Part shown: positions 39,701 to 52,985 of the stretch, piece by piece
Layout of the letters: each line of letters begins with the position of its first letter
How positions within the stretch are numbered: position 1 is the stretch's first letter
From: Vicugna vicugna
Lineage: Eukaryota
NCBI GenBank assembly: GCA_013265495.1
Contig: MU058584.1
Coordinates: 248,001-312,000 of the forward strand
Reading direction: 5' to 3'
Length of the DNA stretch: 64,000 bases
Program-made: the position numbers and the translations under genes
The notes under the pieces: model-generated
Seen by the model: the letters and a program-made list of their open reading frames with translations, nothing else
Databases searched by the model: none
What the model was told of the DNA's origin: nothing

Positions 39701-41442
39701 ACAGCCATACACTCCCTCACACCCTACAAGCTATTCCTACGCCAGCAGGTGGAGGGCCGACACTCACACCTTAGATCCCTTTAGCCATGAAGAACACCTT
39801 TCATGTCACAGTGACAAATTAGATTTGAAGTATATCTAGCCCCAGGAGAGGTAATATATTGACCTGAACCCATACTAAGATGTAAATTAAATTCAGTAAC
39901 ATTAGAGCTGACATGCATCTTAGAGATATTATCTCCAGCCCTTTCCCTTTTCACACTGTGGTCAGACGGGCTGAGTGACACTCCTTTCCGGGGATGCACT
40001 TGAGTAAGGAGAAGAGTGAAATGACTTACAGCAAACCCTTCTGTGAAGGCAGATTTGATCGAGAGAGAGAGTGAGCACTTGGGGTGTCTCCATGAGACAG
40101 AAGGAAGGGCAGAAGGGAGAGGCTTGGAAAGAGACAGCTCCCCTGACTCGTGGCCAGGCCTGCACAGACAAAACTTACATTTTCCTAGTAGTTGGTAAAA
40201 AAGATATATCCCCCAGAGTCAGGAAGGATTCTTTGATCTTGCCTTCCAAACCAGAAACACAAAGTCACCAAGTCCTTAGGTCTAGGGGAGGAGCCCTCAA
40301 CAATGCCTGTGCCAGCACTTTCTGGGGAGAGGGCCAGTTCTGGGTCTGGTAAATCCATTGTAGACTAAATCGCACATGCACACAACATCAGGAGAAAAGG
40401 CTTCAGGTGACACGCAAGGTTCCACAGTGCCCATCTGTACTCATGGATGGGGTCTGCAAACTCCAACAGGTAGGTGTGAGAGAAAGAGAGTCACACAGCC
40501 AGAAGGGGCAGGGCTTGGGCAACAGAAACCACACTTTGGGAAACTTGCAGGCATGTACCTATTTAAAGAGCCTGGGATATGCACCCACACATACACAAAG
40601 GCACTTGTGTACCCGGTCATATCCAAGTACTTATAAGCGTTGACAGGTGTCCTGCTGCTGAGGGGGTGGGGCATCTCTTCACAAAGATTTGAAATTTTTA
40701 TGGGCATGATTTAATTCAACTAAAGCCTTGATGCTAGAAGCAATTATTTTAATGATCTGTCCCTCTATTTGCCTTTTTCTTTACTTTGATAATAAATCTG
40801 CTCCTGGAAGCAGTATTTGGTATTAGGGTTGTACCTCCTGCCTCTTGTCTTGCTGCTTCAGAATCCGTTTTTAGGCGGGGGCTGCCTACAAGTCTGTGTC
40901 TCTGGGTGTAATCAGAGCTCACAGAAAAGTCTTCTGAGCTCAGTCTGTGCTGCTGCCAGGCCTGCATGCAATGAATAGGGTCTGTCTTTGCCTTTGAAGC
41001 TATAGCTTTTCCTTCTAGACTTGCAATTCCTGTCTCCTCTGGCACCTATATTCTGTGCCCACACCCCCCAGCTCCAGCACACACCCATACTTCCTGCATC
41101 CCCTCCCCTTCCACGTCATTGTCAGAAGTGTGTCAGTCTGGACCTACCACATTGAAGGTTTTTGGGCCACTGACCACCTGGGATGTTACTCCTACTTGGC
41201 CCAGTTCTGGAGGAATGCCCATGGGGTTTCAGGCCTCCAACAGATCAATAGGAAAGATGTTTGGGGGGGGGTTACATTTTTGGTACACAGTTAAATGGCC
41301 CTACTAAGATATATGCTCCAAACTGATAAAAATTAAAAAGTCTGACAAGACCAAGTTTTGTTAAGAACGTGTGTGGAGCTTTCACACCCTGTTGGAGGCA
41401 ATGTAAACCTGTACCACCACTTGGGAAAACAGTTGGGCGATG

Positions 41443-41760
41443 CAGTCATTCCTTGGTATCTGCAGGGGATTGGCTCCAGGACTCCCCATAGATACCAAAA
41501 GCCATGCCTGCTCAAGTCCCTTATATAAAACAGTGTAATATTTGGCATCTAACCTACGGACATCCTCCCGGGTACTTTACATCATCTCTAGATTATTTAT
41601 AATACCTAATACAATGTAAATGTTATGTAAATAGTTGCCAGCATGTGGCAAATTCAAGTTTTGCTTTTTGGAAGTTTCTGGAATTTGGGGGGGAATATTT
41701 TCGATCCACAGTTGGTTGAATCCAGAGATGATGTGAAACATAGCTATGGAAGGCCAACAG
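41443..41760 (+). mobile_element. MER2/MER2B-like TcMar-Tigger MITE
   Basis: cagtcattccttggtatctgcaggggattgg...ggttgaatcc...ggaaggccaacag followed by TA. Confidence 0.85.
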
Positions 41761-42051
41761 TATCCCCTGAAGTTGACAATCAGGATAGCTAATGGCCCAG
41801 TATTTCCGTTCCTACTTATACATCATAGAGAAATGCATGCATGTATGGGATGTGAATATAGAGGGGTGCTCCTGGGGCTACTGTGAATTCCAAAACAAAA
41901 AACAACCCCCATATCTATCATCAGTAGAACAGATCAATAAATTGTGGTCTGTTCACACACTAGAATACTTACAGCAATAAAAATGAATGAACTACGAGCC
42001 ACAAAAAGTACACAGGTGAGTATTAAAAACAAAGTTGAGTGAAAGAAATCC

Positions 42052-42103
42052 AACACACACACACACACACGCGTGCGCGCACGCACACACACACAAACAC
42101 ATA
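42052..42103. repeat. (CA)n/(CG)n alternating purine-pyrimidine tract
   Basis: acacacac...gcgtgcgcgcacgcacacac read directly. Confidence 0.9.
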
Positions 42104-45100
42104 CAATTCTGTAGAATTCTATATATTTAAAGTTCCAAACAGACAAAACAATTGTATTTAGGGATGCATCCTTAAGTGATAAAACTGTAAAGAAAAGTAA
42201 GGAAGATAATCAACATAAACGTCAGGAGAGAGGCTCCTTTCAGGGAGGCGGGGTGAGTGAGGGGGGCATGCGGGGGGCTTCTTGGGTAGAGCATTGCTCT
42301 GTTTCTTGAACTGGGTGGTGGTTGCAAGGGTATTTGTTTTATAATAATTTGCTAAGCTGTACATTCATTGTTTATGCACTTTTCTGTGCCTGTGTTATTT
42401 TCACAATTTAAAAGCCCAGCAGAAATCACTCCGCCAAGCAGAGTTCCCAGAGCGGATTTCACCAAGAGGCGAGGTTCTCAGCAGTTCAGATTCCATTTCT
42501 CTATCCTTCCTTCCTCTTTCATCTGCAAATGGAGTTTCCATTCTTCCATCCTACAGACCCGAGGTGGATGTACACACATGTGTGTGCCCGCTTCTTCTGC
42601 CAAGAACTGATCTTACTCTGGGCAAAATGCCCCTCCAATCTGACCCCTTTTGTCTGGTCTGACCTCCAAAGAACTCTCCTTGGGATTCAAGAATATCCAA
42701 AGACCAGGAGCAGAGTTTCACTTCCATTCCTCCTGCAGAGCCATGATGGAAAAGGAGTGTTTTTTCCATTTACCCAACATTCTGCCTTTTCAATGCCTGC
42801 AAACTGCAGACAGAGTCAGCCAGCAAGAGCCAGGAGATGACTGGCTGGACCTGAAGCCAAGAGACACGGCTCTACTCTGTGGGCCCAGAGCCCAGAGCCA
42901 TCTGTGTCTACTGTCCACCACAGCGCCCTGTCATCTTGGGCTGCCTATTTAGGGAATCTTTCACTGGATGGGACCTTCCCTAACTCAACTTTAATCCTGT
43001 TTAACAGGATTTATAGGATACAGCCATGGTTCTGCCTAGAAACTCCTTTGGAAGAGCTATTGCTTTAAGTTCTAGTTAGGAAAAACTGATGCTCCCAGGG
43101 CAGCCAACAATGATTTGAAGAAACTTCTGAGCTTGATTAGAAAGACCTCTGGACCAAGGACCAGAAGGCCTGAGCTCCAGCCTACACTTTCTGAGCACTG
43201 TGATTGTAGGAAACCCATCTCATTTCCTAAGGTCTCACATCCTGTCCAGTTCACAGGACCAAATAAGCTAAATGTATATGGGATGCTTTAAAACCATAAT
43301 GCTATACAAATATAATGGATGATGATGATGCTTATAAAGCTCCAGTTTTTGCTACTAAACATTCCACAGTTTTGAAAAAGAAATAACTCTCATCAATGTA
43401 ACTAAGATTAATTTTGGCAAAAACCCAGTGATTGTGTGACTGCACAGAAGATACATCCTGCAGGGTTAGTGGCATTGCACCAAATTCACCCACTCTTCTA
43501 GCCTTTGTTAGCAGGGAGGGCTCTGCTGCTCGATAAGGCTGGAAAGAGGTCATAGCCCTTGAATAGAGCTCAGCCCACTGGCCTTCTCAGAGGCTGAGCA
43601 CCTGACCTTGGCCTCATGGACACTGTGTTCTACCTCCAGAACTATCTTTCCCAGGCTGTGTTCTCCAGACAGAATGAAAAACATGTGGCTGCCAAGGTCA
43701 GGTAAAAGCAGAAGAGGTGGCTGTTACCCATGTTCCTATAGAAAAGCAATCTTTGTTTTTAAAGGGGTATTGCACATTTGGATGGTTCTAGGGGCCAAAG
43801 GAAAAACAGGCACTACTTTCCAAGTTCCCATTGGATCCTGGTTTAATTCCTTTTGAACCTGTTTGAAAGCATCAGAACGTGCTTTTAAATAGGAGAAAGA
43901 ATCCCAAGTCTGTGTGAAGTCCACTGGTAGTCAGATGGTGTTGACCATTCCTAATTCCATCACTCAAGCTGGCAATGTTGGGAAAGAAGAGATTCAAGAT
44001 GCCAAGTGACCTGATTCTCTTACGGAGCCCTTCCAAGAAGAGCGGGCTGAAACGAGTGGGCTGACATAGTCCTGTTGGGCACCATGACCTACCTACAAAT
44101 CTTGGGCTCAAGTGCCCCAACCCTGCTCATTAGACCTTGTAATGGAAGTGACTGGTTCTGCCAACCCTCCCAGAGCAAATGGAAACTACTTCATCACAGC
44201 ACTGGGGGAGCTAAGGCTAAGGGTCAGGGAGAAAGAGCTGATGTTCACTTTCTGCGAACATTTTGAGGATTGTAAGGAGTGTACTAATTCAACCTTTGAA
44301 ACCACATTGTTTCATCATCCTTGTCCCAGTTCTCTCTGCGAAGCAACAGAAGGAAATTTGCCCCCACTCACTCCTTGGTCATAACCTGAGTGCTTTGTTT
44401 TATGCCACCATTTCAAAGTATTTACAAAATGATTAGCTCAACTTTTATGCCCTCAGCAATCACACAAAGTAGATAGGGGACCTTTCCCACTTCACAGCAG
44501 CAGAGATGAGGATGGCTGCCCGGTTAGTGGCAAACAAAGAGTAATTCACTCTGTCCTGATTCCTAGTCCAGTGAGTGCTCTTTCTGCCACTCTAAAGATC
44601 CTTATCTTTTTCACATCCTGCATCTATTAATCACCCATCAGGGAGTCTCAGCTCCTCCAGTAGAGACCCCCCAAAGCCCACTTTTCCATGAGGAATATTG
44701 CTATGTTTACAGTCATCCCATAATTAATTTGCCACTTACATTAACATGCTGAAAACTAAATATATTTCTACTTGAAGTAGGGGTTCTTTCAGTCACAGTT
44801 TCAAGTATCTGTTCAAGAACTGGATGCCAGTCGATGAAACATACCCATCAGCTTCTTACCAGTAAGGCTGAATGATGATCATTCCTTTTCTGGTGACTAA
44901 ATGATTTCTTATCTCTATGTTAAAGCATTACAGCAGCAAAACAACGTCAACATTATCGTCGTCTATGACGACTTCTGTCTCCCACCGTCACATCACACAC
45001 CAGCGGAAACCATAGCTCTGGCTGTGCATCTCTCTGGAACCCAATCATACACATGTGGTGTCTCTGTCTACAAAAAGCACATTACCAGTCTAATCTTCCT

Positions 45101-45614
45101 GGGGGTGATCAGCCTGAATGTCTCCCAATAAGGAATATTATTTAATAATAACCATTTTTACGTCTTCTTTCTCTAAAATGGATTTGAGATGGATTACTAC
45201 ACCCACACACACACAGGCATGCACTGGAACAGTTTAAAAAAAAAAGTTAGCAACCATATACCCAGAAGGGAGATAACGCCACCTTAAAACAGGAAGTAAG
45301 ATGCTACTTGTACTTTTACACTTCATTTAGCTCTGAGTTCCTTGGGAGTCAAGGGGAAAACAGGTATACAGTGGTTTTGTGGTTCTTATTAATGAAAAAA
45401 GAAGGCATTTACATTTATATTTCAGCATTTCACCTTGTCATCCACAATTTGGCATGATTTTGGATGAGAGTTTTATCTATTATTTTTCTTTCCAACGTAT
45501 GGAATGAATTAAGTCTAGTCAGAGTACATGCATTCTGAAAAAAGAGCATGGGAAGTTTGAAACACTTTGGGGCCTCATCAAGAGAAAGATATGGAAACCC
45601 AGAATCCTCCTTAC

Positions 45615-45722
45615 CTCCTCCAATTTATCCACTCGCCCCACCAGTTTGGTGGTAACCGAATGCAGCTTCAGGAGATCCAGACCATAGAAAGCGCCTTCCA
45701 GCATATCTATGATGGTGGAGAG
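45615..45722 (-). CDS. OLFML2B: OLFML2B coding exon 3 (108 nt; [36 protein letters not shown])
   Basis: Acceptor TTTCATAG|CTC; donor GAG|GTAAGG; phase 0-0; peptide matches OLFML2B. Confidence 0.97.
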
Positions 45723-46899
45723 CTATGAAACAAGGGCAGGTGTTAGTCCACGGCTGGGGCTGACTGGCCGGGGGCAGACGTTTCCTCTGAGATCTCCATG
45801 TTGTAGGGAAGCCACAAGCCAGGAATTGAGAGGCGGCTCTCAGAAACTGGCACTTGTGTGGGTGGCACACAGGCAGACACAACAGTGTGAATGTATTCTG
45901 CCTACTGGGTCACTCGGGTAAGAAAATAGGAGAATCCAACAAGACCAGGCCAGCTGAGGTCTGGACACCTTCACTGAATGGTTTACACTTCTTTGATTAA
46001 GTCTGTCAGTTGCGTGCATGTCTGTGTTTCCTGCTAGACTGGGAGCTCCTTGAAAATGGTGCCGTGTCATCTTCGTCTCTGCTTCCCCATGATACCCAGT
46101 ACACTACCTAGCCTGAAACGAGAGACCTATAAGCACTCAACAGAGGAGCTTACAAACATCAACAACTTGAGGATATGCTTCTGAAACACTCAGCTTCATT
46201 GTCCGCTGAAGTCCCAACAAGCTTTTCCTTAGCACTAAAAGCAAAACTGCCTCTGGGGTAAAAGAAACCCAGGGGCCCATCTTTGAGGTGGCAAGATGTC
46301 ATAGGGCGCCCAGCTCTCTTAGTTTTTTCAACACTGTCATTCCTGCCAGTACAGAGCCGCTGGGAGGGAGGCAGCTGAGACGCTGCTGATATCCAGGGCA
46401 TGCAGAGTGCAGGCAAAAGGGGCAGGTGAGACACGCTTAAACGGAGCCTCCCTGCCAAGGACTGTCCCTGGAAGAGTTTGCTGGAAACACGTGTGCAACC
46501 TTTGTTCCCCAATCTTGCTACTAGATGAAGAATTCCATGTATGAAATGCTCATGTTTAGAAAATCGCCTTCCTCCCCACCAGAGGAAGATGGCTGAATTC
46601 TGGGTAACAGCCATGGAAGGGTCGCTGATTAGGATGTACTGGGATGATTTTCTGATTCCTAACATTCTGCCTACTGTTGTTTCCAATCCCCCAAGAGTCC
46701 AATCCTAAAACTGGGTGACTGTGCCACTCTGTTTCAGAAAGTAGTTTCACAGCACAGCTGCAGCTCTGAGTGACATGGCTGAATCCTGGGGCACTCATTT
46801 TACTGGTAAACCCTGCTCTGCTTAAAGGGATATCAGTGATGACCAGTTACCAAGTGTGAACCTCTGCCGGCACAGCAGTAGCACTTTACATGGTCATTC

Positions 46900-47130
46900 A
46901 CTATGGAACTGGTGTCTACTGAGCCCCGACCATGTGTCAGGCATTGTGCCAAGTATTCAATAGTTGTCATCTCATCAATTCTCAAAACAACCCCAAGAGG
47001 TCGATGTTAGTCTTCCCACATTTTATTCAAGGAGACTGAGGTCAGACCAGTTGAATAACTTGAGTAGGATCATGCAGCAAGTAGTAGCAGAGCAATGCTT
47101 TGAACCCGAGTCTGCGTGATTTCAAACCAA
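46900..47130. mobile_element. MIR SINE
   Basis: tgtgtcaggcattgtgcca...ctcaaaacaaccc...gagactgaggtcaga...tttgaacccgagtctg. Confidence 0.75.
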
Positions 47131-47710
47131 GCTCATCCCAAGACTCCACGCTGCAGATGAAGAGGGGAGGGCACGGATCAGATAGGGCAGGTAGGGCCTG
47201 AGCTGCCACACCCTGTGGACCAGGATCACAGGATCACAACTTGATGACTAAACCTAGAGCAGGCCCCAGAACTCCCCTTCCTGGGTCACTGAGCCCTTGT
47301 ACTGAGGCCTGGAAGGCTTACTGCTTTCTGTGTGTCTCTTGCCACTGCGGAGTGCCTGCTGGGCTGACAGTAAATCGTGGCAGTAATTCTCCTGGAGAAG
47401 AACACGGAGTTCTCTTGGCCGGCTGGGCCTGACAGCTGCTCCCAGCCCTGCCTCCCTGGCTTTACAAGAGAGGCGGGCACACTTTGCTCCAGGCATCTCC
47501 CTTAGACACCAGAGTTGCAAATTACCAGTTTGTCAGATCATCAGCTTTGGGTCCACATGCAACACTCTCAGACCCAGGGCCTGACCTCCTGTAAATGTTA
47601 CCACAGATCCCACTTATTCAAAGGCCTATGATCCCCAGCAATGGCCTTGCCAGACTCACGCATCCCTAAGGCACCCTCTCACGCAGGCATCGCCGCACAC
47701 CAGGTCCTAC

Positions 47711-47974
47711 CTTCAAGTCCCGACTGTCTGCCTCCCGAAGCTTCTGGAGCCTGAAGTCTCCCTCGCAGGGATTGAGGGCCGACGGCGGTGCAACACAGGC
47801 ACACTTGCAGGAGGAGCCTGAGGTGATGGTTTCCACGGTGTAGAAGTCTTCCTTCCTGGAGGTCCCCTCATTGACCCTCTGGCAGGCATCTCGACCCAGG
47901 GGGCGCACTACACACTTGCACTGACAGTCCGAGCCCTCAGACACAGCCTTGACCTTGTCATAGTCTCCCAGCAA
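47711..47974 (-). CDS. OLFML2B: OLFML2B coding exon 2 (264 nt; LLGDYDKVK...two CxCxCx9C motifs...DSRDLK)
   Basis: Acceptor CTTGTCTAG|TTG; donor AAG|GTAGGA; encodes [15 protein letters not shown] and [15 protein letters not shown], typical of OLFML2A/2B. Confidence 0.97.
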
Positions 47975-50413
47975 CTAGACAAGGAGGGAGGGAACAGGTT
48001 GGAGGTGTGCAAACACGCATCAGTCAGGTTCCCTGCACTTTATCAGATGTCCTGCACTAGCCAGCGACCTCAGACAACTCTGATGTGGAGTGAAAAGGTC
48101 ACTGCAACACAATTTGCTGAGTATAACATTTCCTGGAAGGCACTCAGAGTTCAGCTCTCTTCGTTTATCTTGGAAAGCTATGCATTTCTCATAGGCTTTC
48201 ATCATTTAAAGGAAAAAAAACGAGCCCCATCATTCTTCCAATAGTCCCTGCCTTAGCTAAAATCCAGATTTAGATTTTAAATGGAAGGGAGAAGGGATTG
48301 ATGGAGGGATTGGAAAATTGACATTCCAGTTTCAAGACTACTGGCTTCTGTCCTCCTTTACCATTTTTCACCATTTACTGAGTGCCACCTTGGGACTGAG
48401 CTAGGTGCTGCGAGAGGTAAAGCAATGGGCCATCAGAGAGCCTGCTCTCAAGGGCTTACAGTGCAGGAGGTATATAAAGAGCAGTCACAAAAAGTAGGGA
48501 GTGATAAGTGCCCCTGAAATGGGAGTGCAGTGGGATCTCAAACAGAGGGCCACAGAGAGCGGCTCTAGCTGGGCGCCAGGGAAGACTTCTCGGAGGAAGT
48601 GGAATCTGATCTGGTCTTAAAGGATAGGTTAGATTTGGAGAAAGGGAAGTGGGAGGGGAGAGACAGATCCAGAAGTCAATAAGGTTTTCTAGGCCTAAGG
48701 GTTCATTTGGCTCCTAGAATAGCTTCTGCCCTCAAGCCCCAGGCCAAAGCCAGGAAAGCAAACTGGCAGCACTTGCGGCTTCTACAGTGTAAGCATTTCC
48801 TTCTGAGCGCGCGTCGTGTCGGCCCCCCAGGCAGGAAAACACGCAATAGCAAGCTTTCTGGAACCACCATCCTAGGCACTTGCTGGGGAAAAGGCTCCTC
48901 CCCAGCTCCTCTCCAAGTGACCCTGCATCCCCAAAGCCAGGACTCCCTTTGTGGATGCAGAGAAGGGTTCTCTTCCTTTGACTAATGACTCTGGCAGGCA
49001 AGCTCTGAGCTTATTGGAGTGGATATGTTCCTGGGATGCTGTCAGGGGGGAAGAAGGCTTGTAATGTTTTTCTTGCAAAGCTTGGATTTCTTCTAGTACT
49101 AATATTTGTTTTAGGACTGTTGTTAAACACAGAATGGATCAGTGGAAGAAGGTGTAGTTCAGGGTGACTTAAGTGGCCGGTCTTTATGGGCTGACAGTAA
49201 ATTGTAGCTGTCTGCTCCCTGAAACTCTGCCTAGATTCCTACATAACCCTGCTCTGAGACCCTGGGTGGATTCCTTCCTTTCAGGAGGCTCGGGTTTCAG
49301 GAAAAGCTTTTGTTGATGGTCCTCCAGAGCCCCAGTGTGAAAAATTTTTATCTTTTTGATTTAGGGGTCAGTGTGAGGTTATGGGTGGGTATAGGGCAAG
49401 TATTTGCATAATTATTATAGGAAGGGTAAGGAGACTAGTGTTTGATTAATGCCAAAGTGGAGCTGATTATTCTTTCTACATGAGGGGGACAATGACCCCA
49501 GTCTAGGGGCTTAGAGGAAGTGCAGGCAGCACCACAGGTATCCTTTCTCAGCCATCCCTCATCCTCAGGATTATGGTGACACCCACCACACAATCCTCAT
49601 GCTGGCTCTGGAAAGCTTGGAGTAAACACCTTAGAGAGAACTATCTTTTACAGTCATGAGATCTGGGCTGAAGACTGTCAGAAGACCTGTCTCTGCCCAT
49701 CTCTAGGGTTCTTGACTGTTCCAAGTCTTATGGTCCTTACCTGTAGAATGGGAATAAGGGGGTGTGAGGATTGAGTTAGATAAAATAAGTGAAAGTACTT
49801 TGTAAAAGAATATGTTACAGATCCTGTCCCGATCAGCTGTCACTTCCCCCAACCCCCACCTGCCAGACCTGAGTGGATTTGCATTTCCATTCTACCTCCC
49901 CCGTATGAGGGGACTGCTCTTCGGTCTCTCTGTTTGGAGGTCACCTCACATTCATCACACTTGTTGCTGTTCTGTCTTCTCCCTGGGTGTCTCACTCTGT
50001 GTCATGAAATATCTCCCCTTGGGTTACGCCATCTGTCTGCTTCCAACATGCCCGCCTGTTTTCACATTCCAGCTCTGACAAACAGTCACACAGACAAGAG
50101 ATGGCCATACTTTCCAAAACCCTTGAACCAAAAGGTTTTGACTTGTTTTTTTCCTTTCTTCTCAGGGAGTTGTGTGGTGTTTTCCTGTCCTTCTCCTCTC
50201 CTTCCTCCCGATTCTGTAACCTTGAAAGACCCTGTGATTTAGAGAGGAGGACCCGTGACCCGTCATTTAAGAAAATATTCCGATAAATGAAAAACAAATG
50301 CCCTTCCCTTTGGTAATGGAGGGAGAAACAGCTGCCTCTGAACGCTTCAGTGAGGACCCGTTTTCTTGCCACCACCCGGGGCAAGAGGGGTGGGCATGGG
50401 ACTCGCAGCCTAC

Positions 50414-50596
50414 CTGAGATAAAACGTTTTCCTGGTTGTCCGCCTCGTTTTGCAGGATCTCGTCCTCCGTGGGTGCCACAGTCTGCACGTCTGGGGGCTC
50501 AGTGGGCTCAGTCGTCTCAGTGGGGCGAGTGCTGGACCCCCATCCCGGAGCCGCAGCCAGAGCGAAGCAGAGAACTAGCAGCAGAGGTCTGGCCAT
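50414..50596 (-). CDS. OLFML2B: OLFML2B coding exon 1 (183 nt, 61 codons; signal peptide [22 protein letters not shown]...[12 protein letters not shown])
   Basis: ATG at 50596 followed by a hydrophobic signal peptide; the ending ENVLSQ matches the OLFML2B N-terminus as recalled; donor CAG|GTAGGC at 50414/50413; phase 0. Confidence 0.95.
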
Positions 50597-50639
50597 GAGG
50601 GACGTGGCAAGAATGGGCTCAACCCCTTCGGAGAAGAGC

Positions 50640-51400
50640 TGGGCTAAGGGGGGTCGCGAGTGTCTCAGCAAGGACTGAGGCGAGAGGGCGTCTTGGCTGC
50701 AGCCCGGGAGTGGCCACTCAGAGCGCCTTCTAAAGCTGGGTGCGGCTCAGTGAGGCAGGAGGGTGCACTCCAGAGGCCCCGGTCATCTCCTTCCCGACGC
50801 GATCAGCCCTGACCGTGCGGCCCCGGTGGAGAGTGGGGCGCAGGCTAGGCGGTGACGGGGAAGGTGGAGATGGCACGGCTAGCCGAGCGCGTCGCCCTCT
50901 GGAGAGGACTCAGGTGGAAGGAAGGGGTCCGGGCGGACGCGGGCGGGCGGGACGGTGCGCGCCGGGGCGGGCTGCGGGAGCCTGCGGGGGTGGGGGACCC
51001 GCTGAGCGCGCGGGGCGGGCAGCGGCGGCGGCGGCGGCGGCGGCGAGAGCTGCTGGGCGAGGGCGCCGCGGAGGGCTGGCGCGGAGGGAGGGCGGGGCCT
51101 CTATTGTGCCGGGGCCGCGGAGATGCAGCCAGTTACGGCGCGGAGGAGGAGGACGGGAGGCGCTCAGAACTCGGGCGGAGGGGCGCCCGGCCAACCCCGC
51201 CCCCCACTCGGCCTCGGTTGCTGTGCAAGCCCTCCGGGGGTGACTCAAAAGGGCGCCCCTTTACTTTCATCTGGCCGCAAATGGTGAAGCGAGAGACTTC
51301 ACCCCGAGCGAGGTCCCTGAAGTTTGGGATCCTTTGTGCCCATTCTCCCTGAGAGGAGCGCGTTTCCTCTGGGCTGGGAGGCAGGCGCCTGGCACTCTCT
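50640..51400 (-). promoter_or_regulatory. CpG island: OLFML2B promoter and 5' UTR
   Basis: Very high GC and CpG density immediately upstream of the ATG; GC boxes (GGGCGG), e.g. at ~51089-51098; TSS not determinable from sequence. Confidence 0.85.
51022..51045. repeat. (GCG)8 trinucleotide repeat
   Basis: Eight perfect GCG units. Confidence 0.95.
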
Positions 51401-52719
51401 CCAAGCCCGAGCCAGTAAGGATCCTCGGCATCCCCTTTTTATTGCACCTGGAGGAGAGAAGGAGCATTTGCTCTTGGACGTTTCTTTTCCCTGACTTGAC
51501 TCTGGGCGAGCAAGAGCTTTGGCAGCTTTGAACTTAGCGCCACTGGTAGGTTGCTTGCCTGCCACAGCTTTAGAACCTGGTAATACCTCCACCCAGAGGA
51601 GAACTATTGAACTCCTTGCTGGAGTGTGTCCTAAGTTGTGGGAGTGTTAAATACAAAGAGAGTGGCCTTGTCAATAAATCTCTGACACTCTATGTGTCCC
51701 CGTGGGGGGAAGCTACTGCCTTGAGAGGCAAATGATTGTCAAAGGGAACATCTCTCACTATCTTCGTGGTTTGGGACAAGTCTCTGGGTCTCTGTCACTA
51801 GATGATTTCTAAAAGGGCGTCCACTTTCAACAGTGTACGACTATATTACAGTGTCCCTTAATCAGTGTCCCTTTTATAAACCTACTGTGAAGATTAACAA
51901 CGTGTGAATTTACTATGCCTTCTGGGACAACTGTCACCCTGGAAATACTAAACAGAGCCAGACCCCTTAGAAGATGTGAATGGTGTTATGCATCTTTGGG
52001 AAATCCAAATACCTTGCCTTTTATGTTAAGGAATAAGAGTTGTAATAATCTAAGTAATAATCTAAGGAGACTTCAGCTCATATAAATGATAGCTGACAGA
52101 AGTATAATAACCCTTATTAATATGTTTTTAGGCTGTAAAGACTTCAGAGTATTATATCTTAAAACTTAAAAAAAAAATCCCAGTATATGGACAAACCCCC
52201 AAAGTTCTGGTTATCTGGGCTTGTGGAAATGTCTCACACACACATACACACAATACTCTGTGCAAGCTATCAAATCTTTTCCAAAACTAGATGGAAGTAA
52301 ATGTCTATCAAATATAGTTTTAAAATTCAATTAAAATAAGTATTGAATGTTGGCTAAGTGCAAGCCAACAGATTGCTGGATATTTAATGGGGACAGGAGA
52401 TAGTCCATGTCTTCTGAAGGAGTCGAGTGGGACTGAGGAGGTAAGCAGAACAAGTACTCAAATTATAAGGCAAAGTAAGAGCATATCCCAAGGGCTTAAG
52501 GAAGAAGGGGCTAAAAGGGGGCTTAAAGGAAGAATAGGTCACTTCAAGTTGAAAGGTAGGATTTCATGCGAGAGTGACACTAAAGATGACTGGAAGGATG
52601 GGAAGGTTTCAACAAGGCAGTAGATAAATCAACAAGATGTAGGCAAGAGAGAGGGGCGATTCTAGGTAGAGATACCAGCCTGAATGTGCATGTTCAGATC
52701 TCAGACTGGTGCTCACTTC

Positions 52720-52985
52720 TCACGGAAGACTTTCCTGACTCCATCACCAGAGTACTTCCTCTGTTATATGCTTCCATTGTACCATGTACCTCTTCTTCGC
52801 AGAATTATGGGAATTACACTTTTATATTCCTTGGTGGGTTGTTTCAGTAGTGCCTGCCTTCACCACTAGACTGTAAACTCCATGATGGCAGGGCTTTTGT
52901 CTGGTTTTGTTCACCATTACATTCTCAGAGTTTAGCCAGTACCTGGAACAAAGGAGACACTCAATTAAATTGGTTGAATGCATGG
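52720..52985 (+). mobile_element. L2 3' end
   Basis: cactagactgtaaactccatgatggcagggc...ttgttcacc...ctcaattaaattggttgaatg. Confidence 0.75.

Larger units (their letters stand above)
41310..42410 (+). mobile_element. Ancient L1M 3' region, interrupted by a MER2-type element
   Basis: aaaaattaaaaagtctgacaa...tgtaaacctgtaccaccacttgggaaaacagtt...aaaatgaatgaactac...ttttatgcacttttctgt..ttcacaat. Confidence 0.75.

Noticed and set aside
50597..50671. In-frame TTG-initiated 25-aa N-terminal extension of OLFML2B
   Set aside because: Non-AUG start from the ORF caller; the ATG at 50596 directly begins a canonical signal peptide
50740..51352. Arg/Gly/Ala-rich ORFs across the CpG island
   Set aside because: Expected from stop-codon scarcity in GC-rich DNA; the poly-Ala/Arg runs are just the GCG repeat
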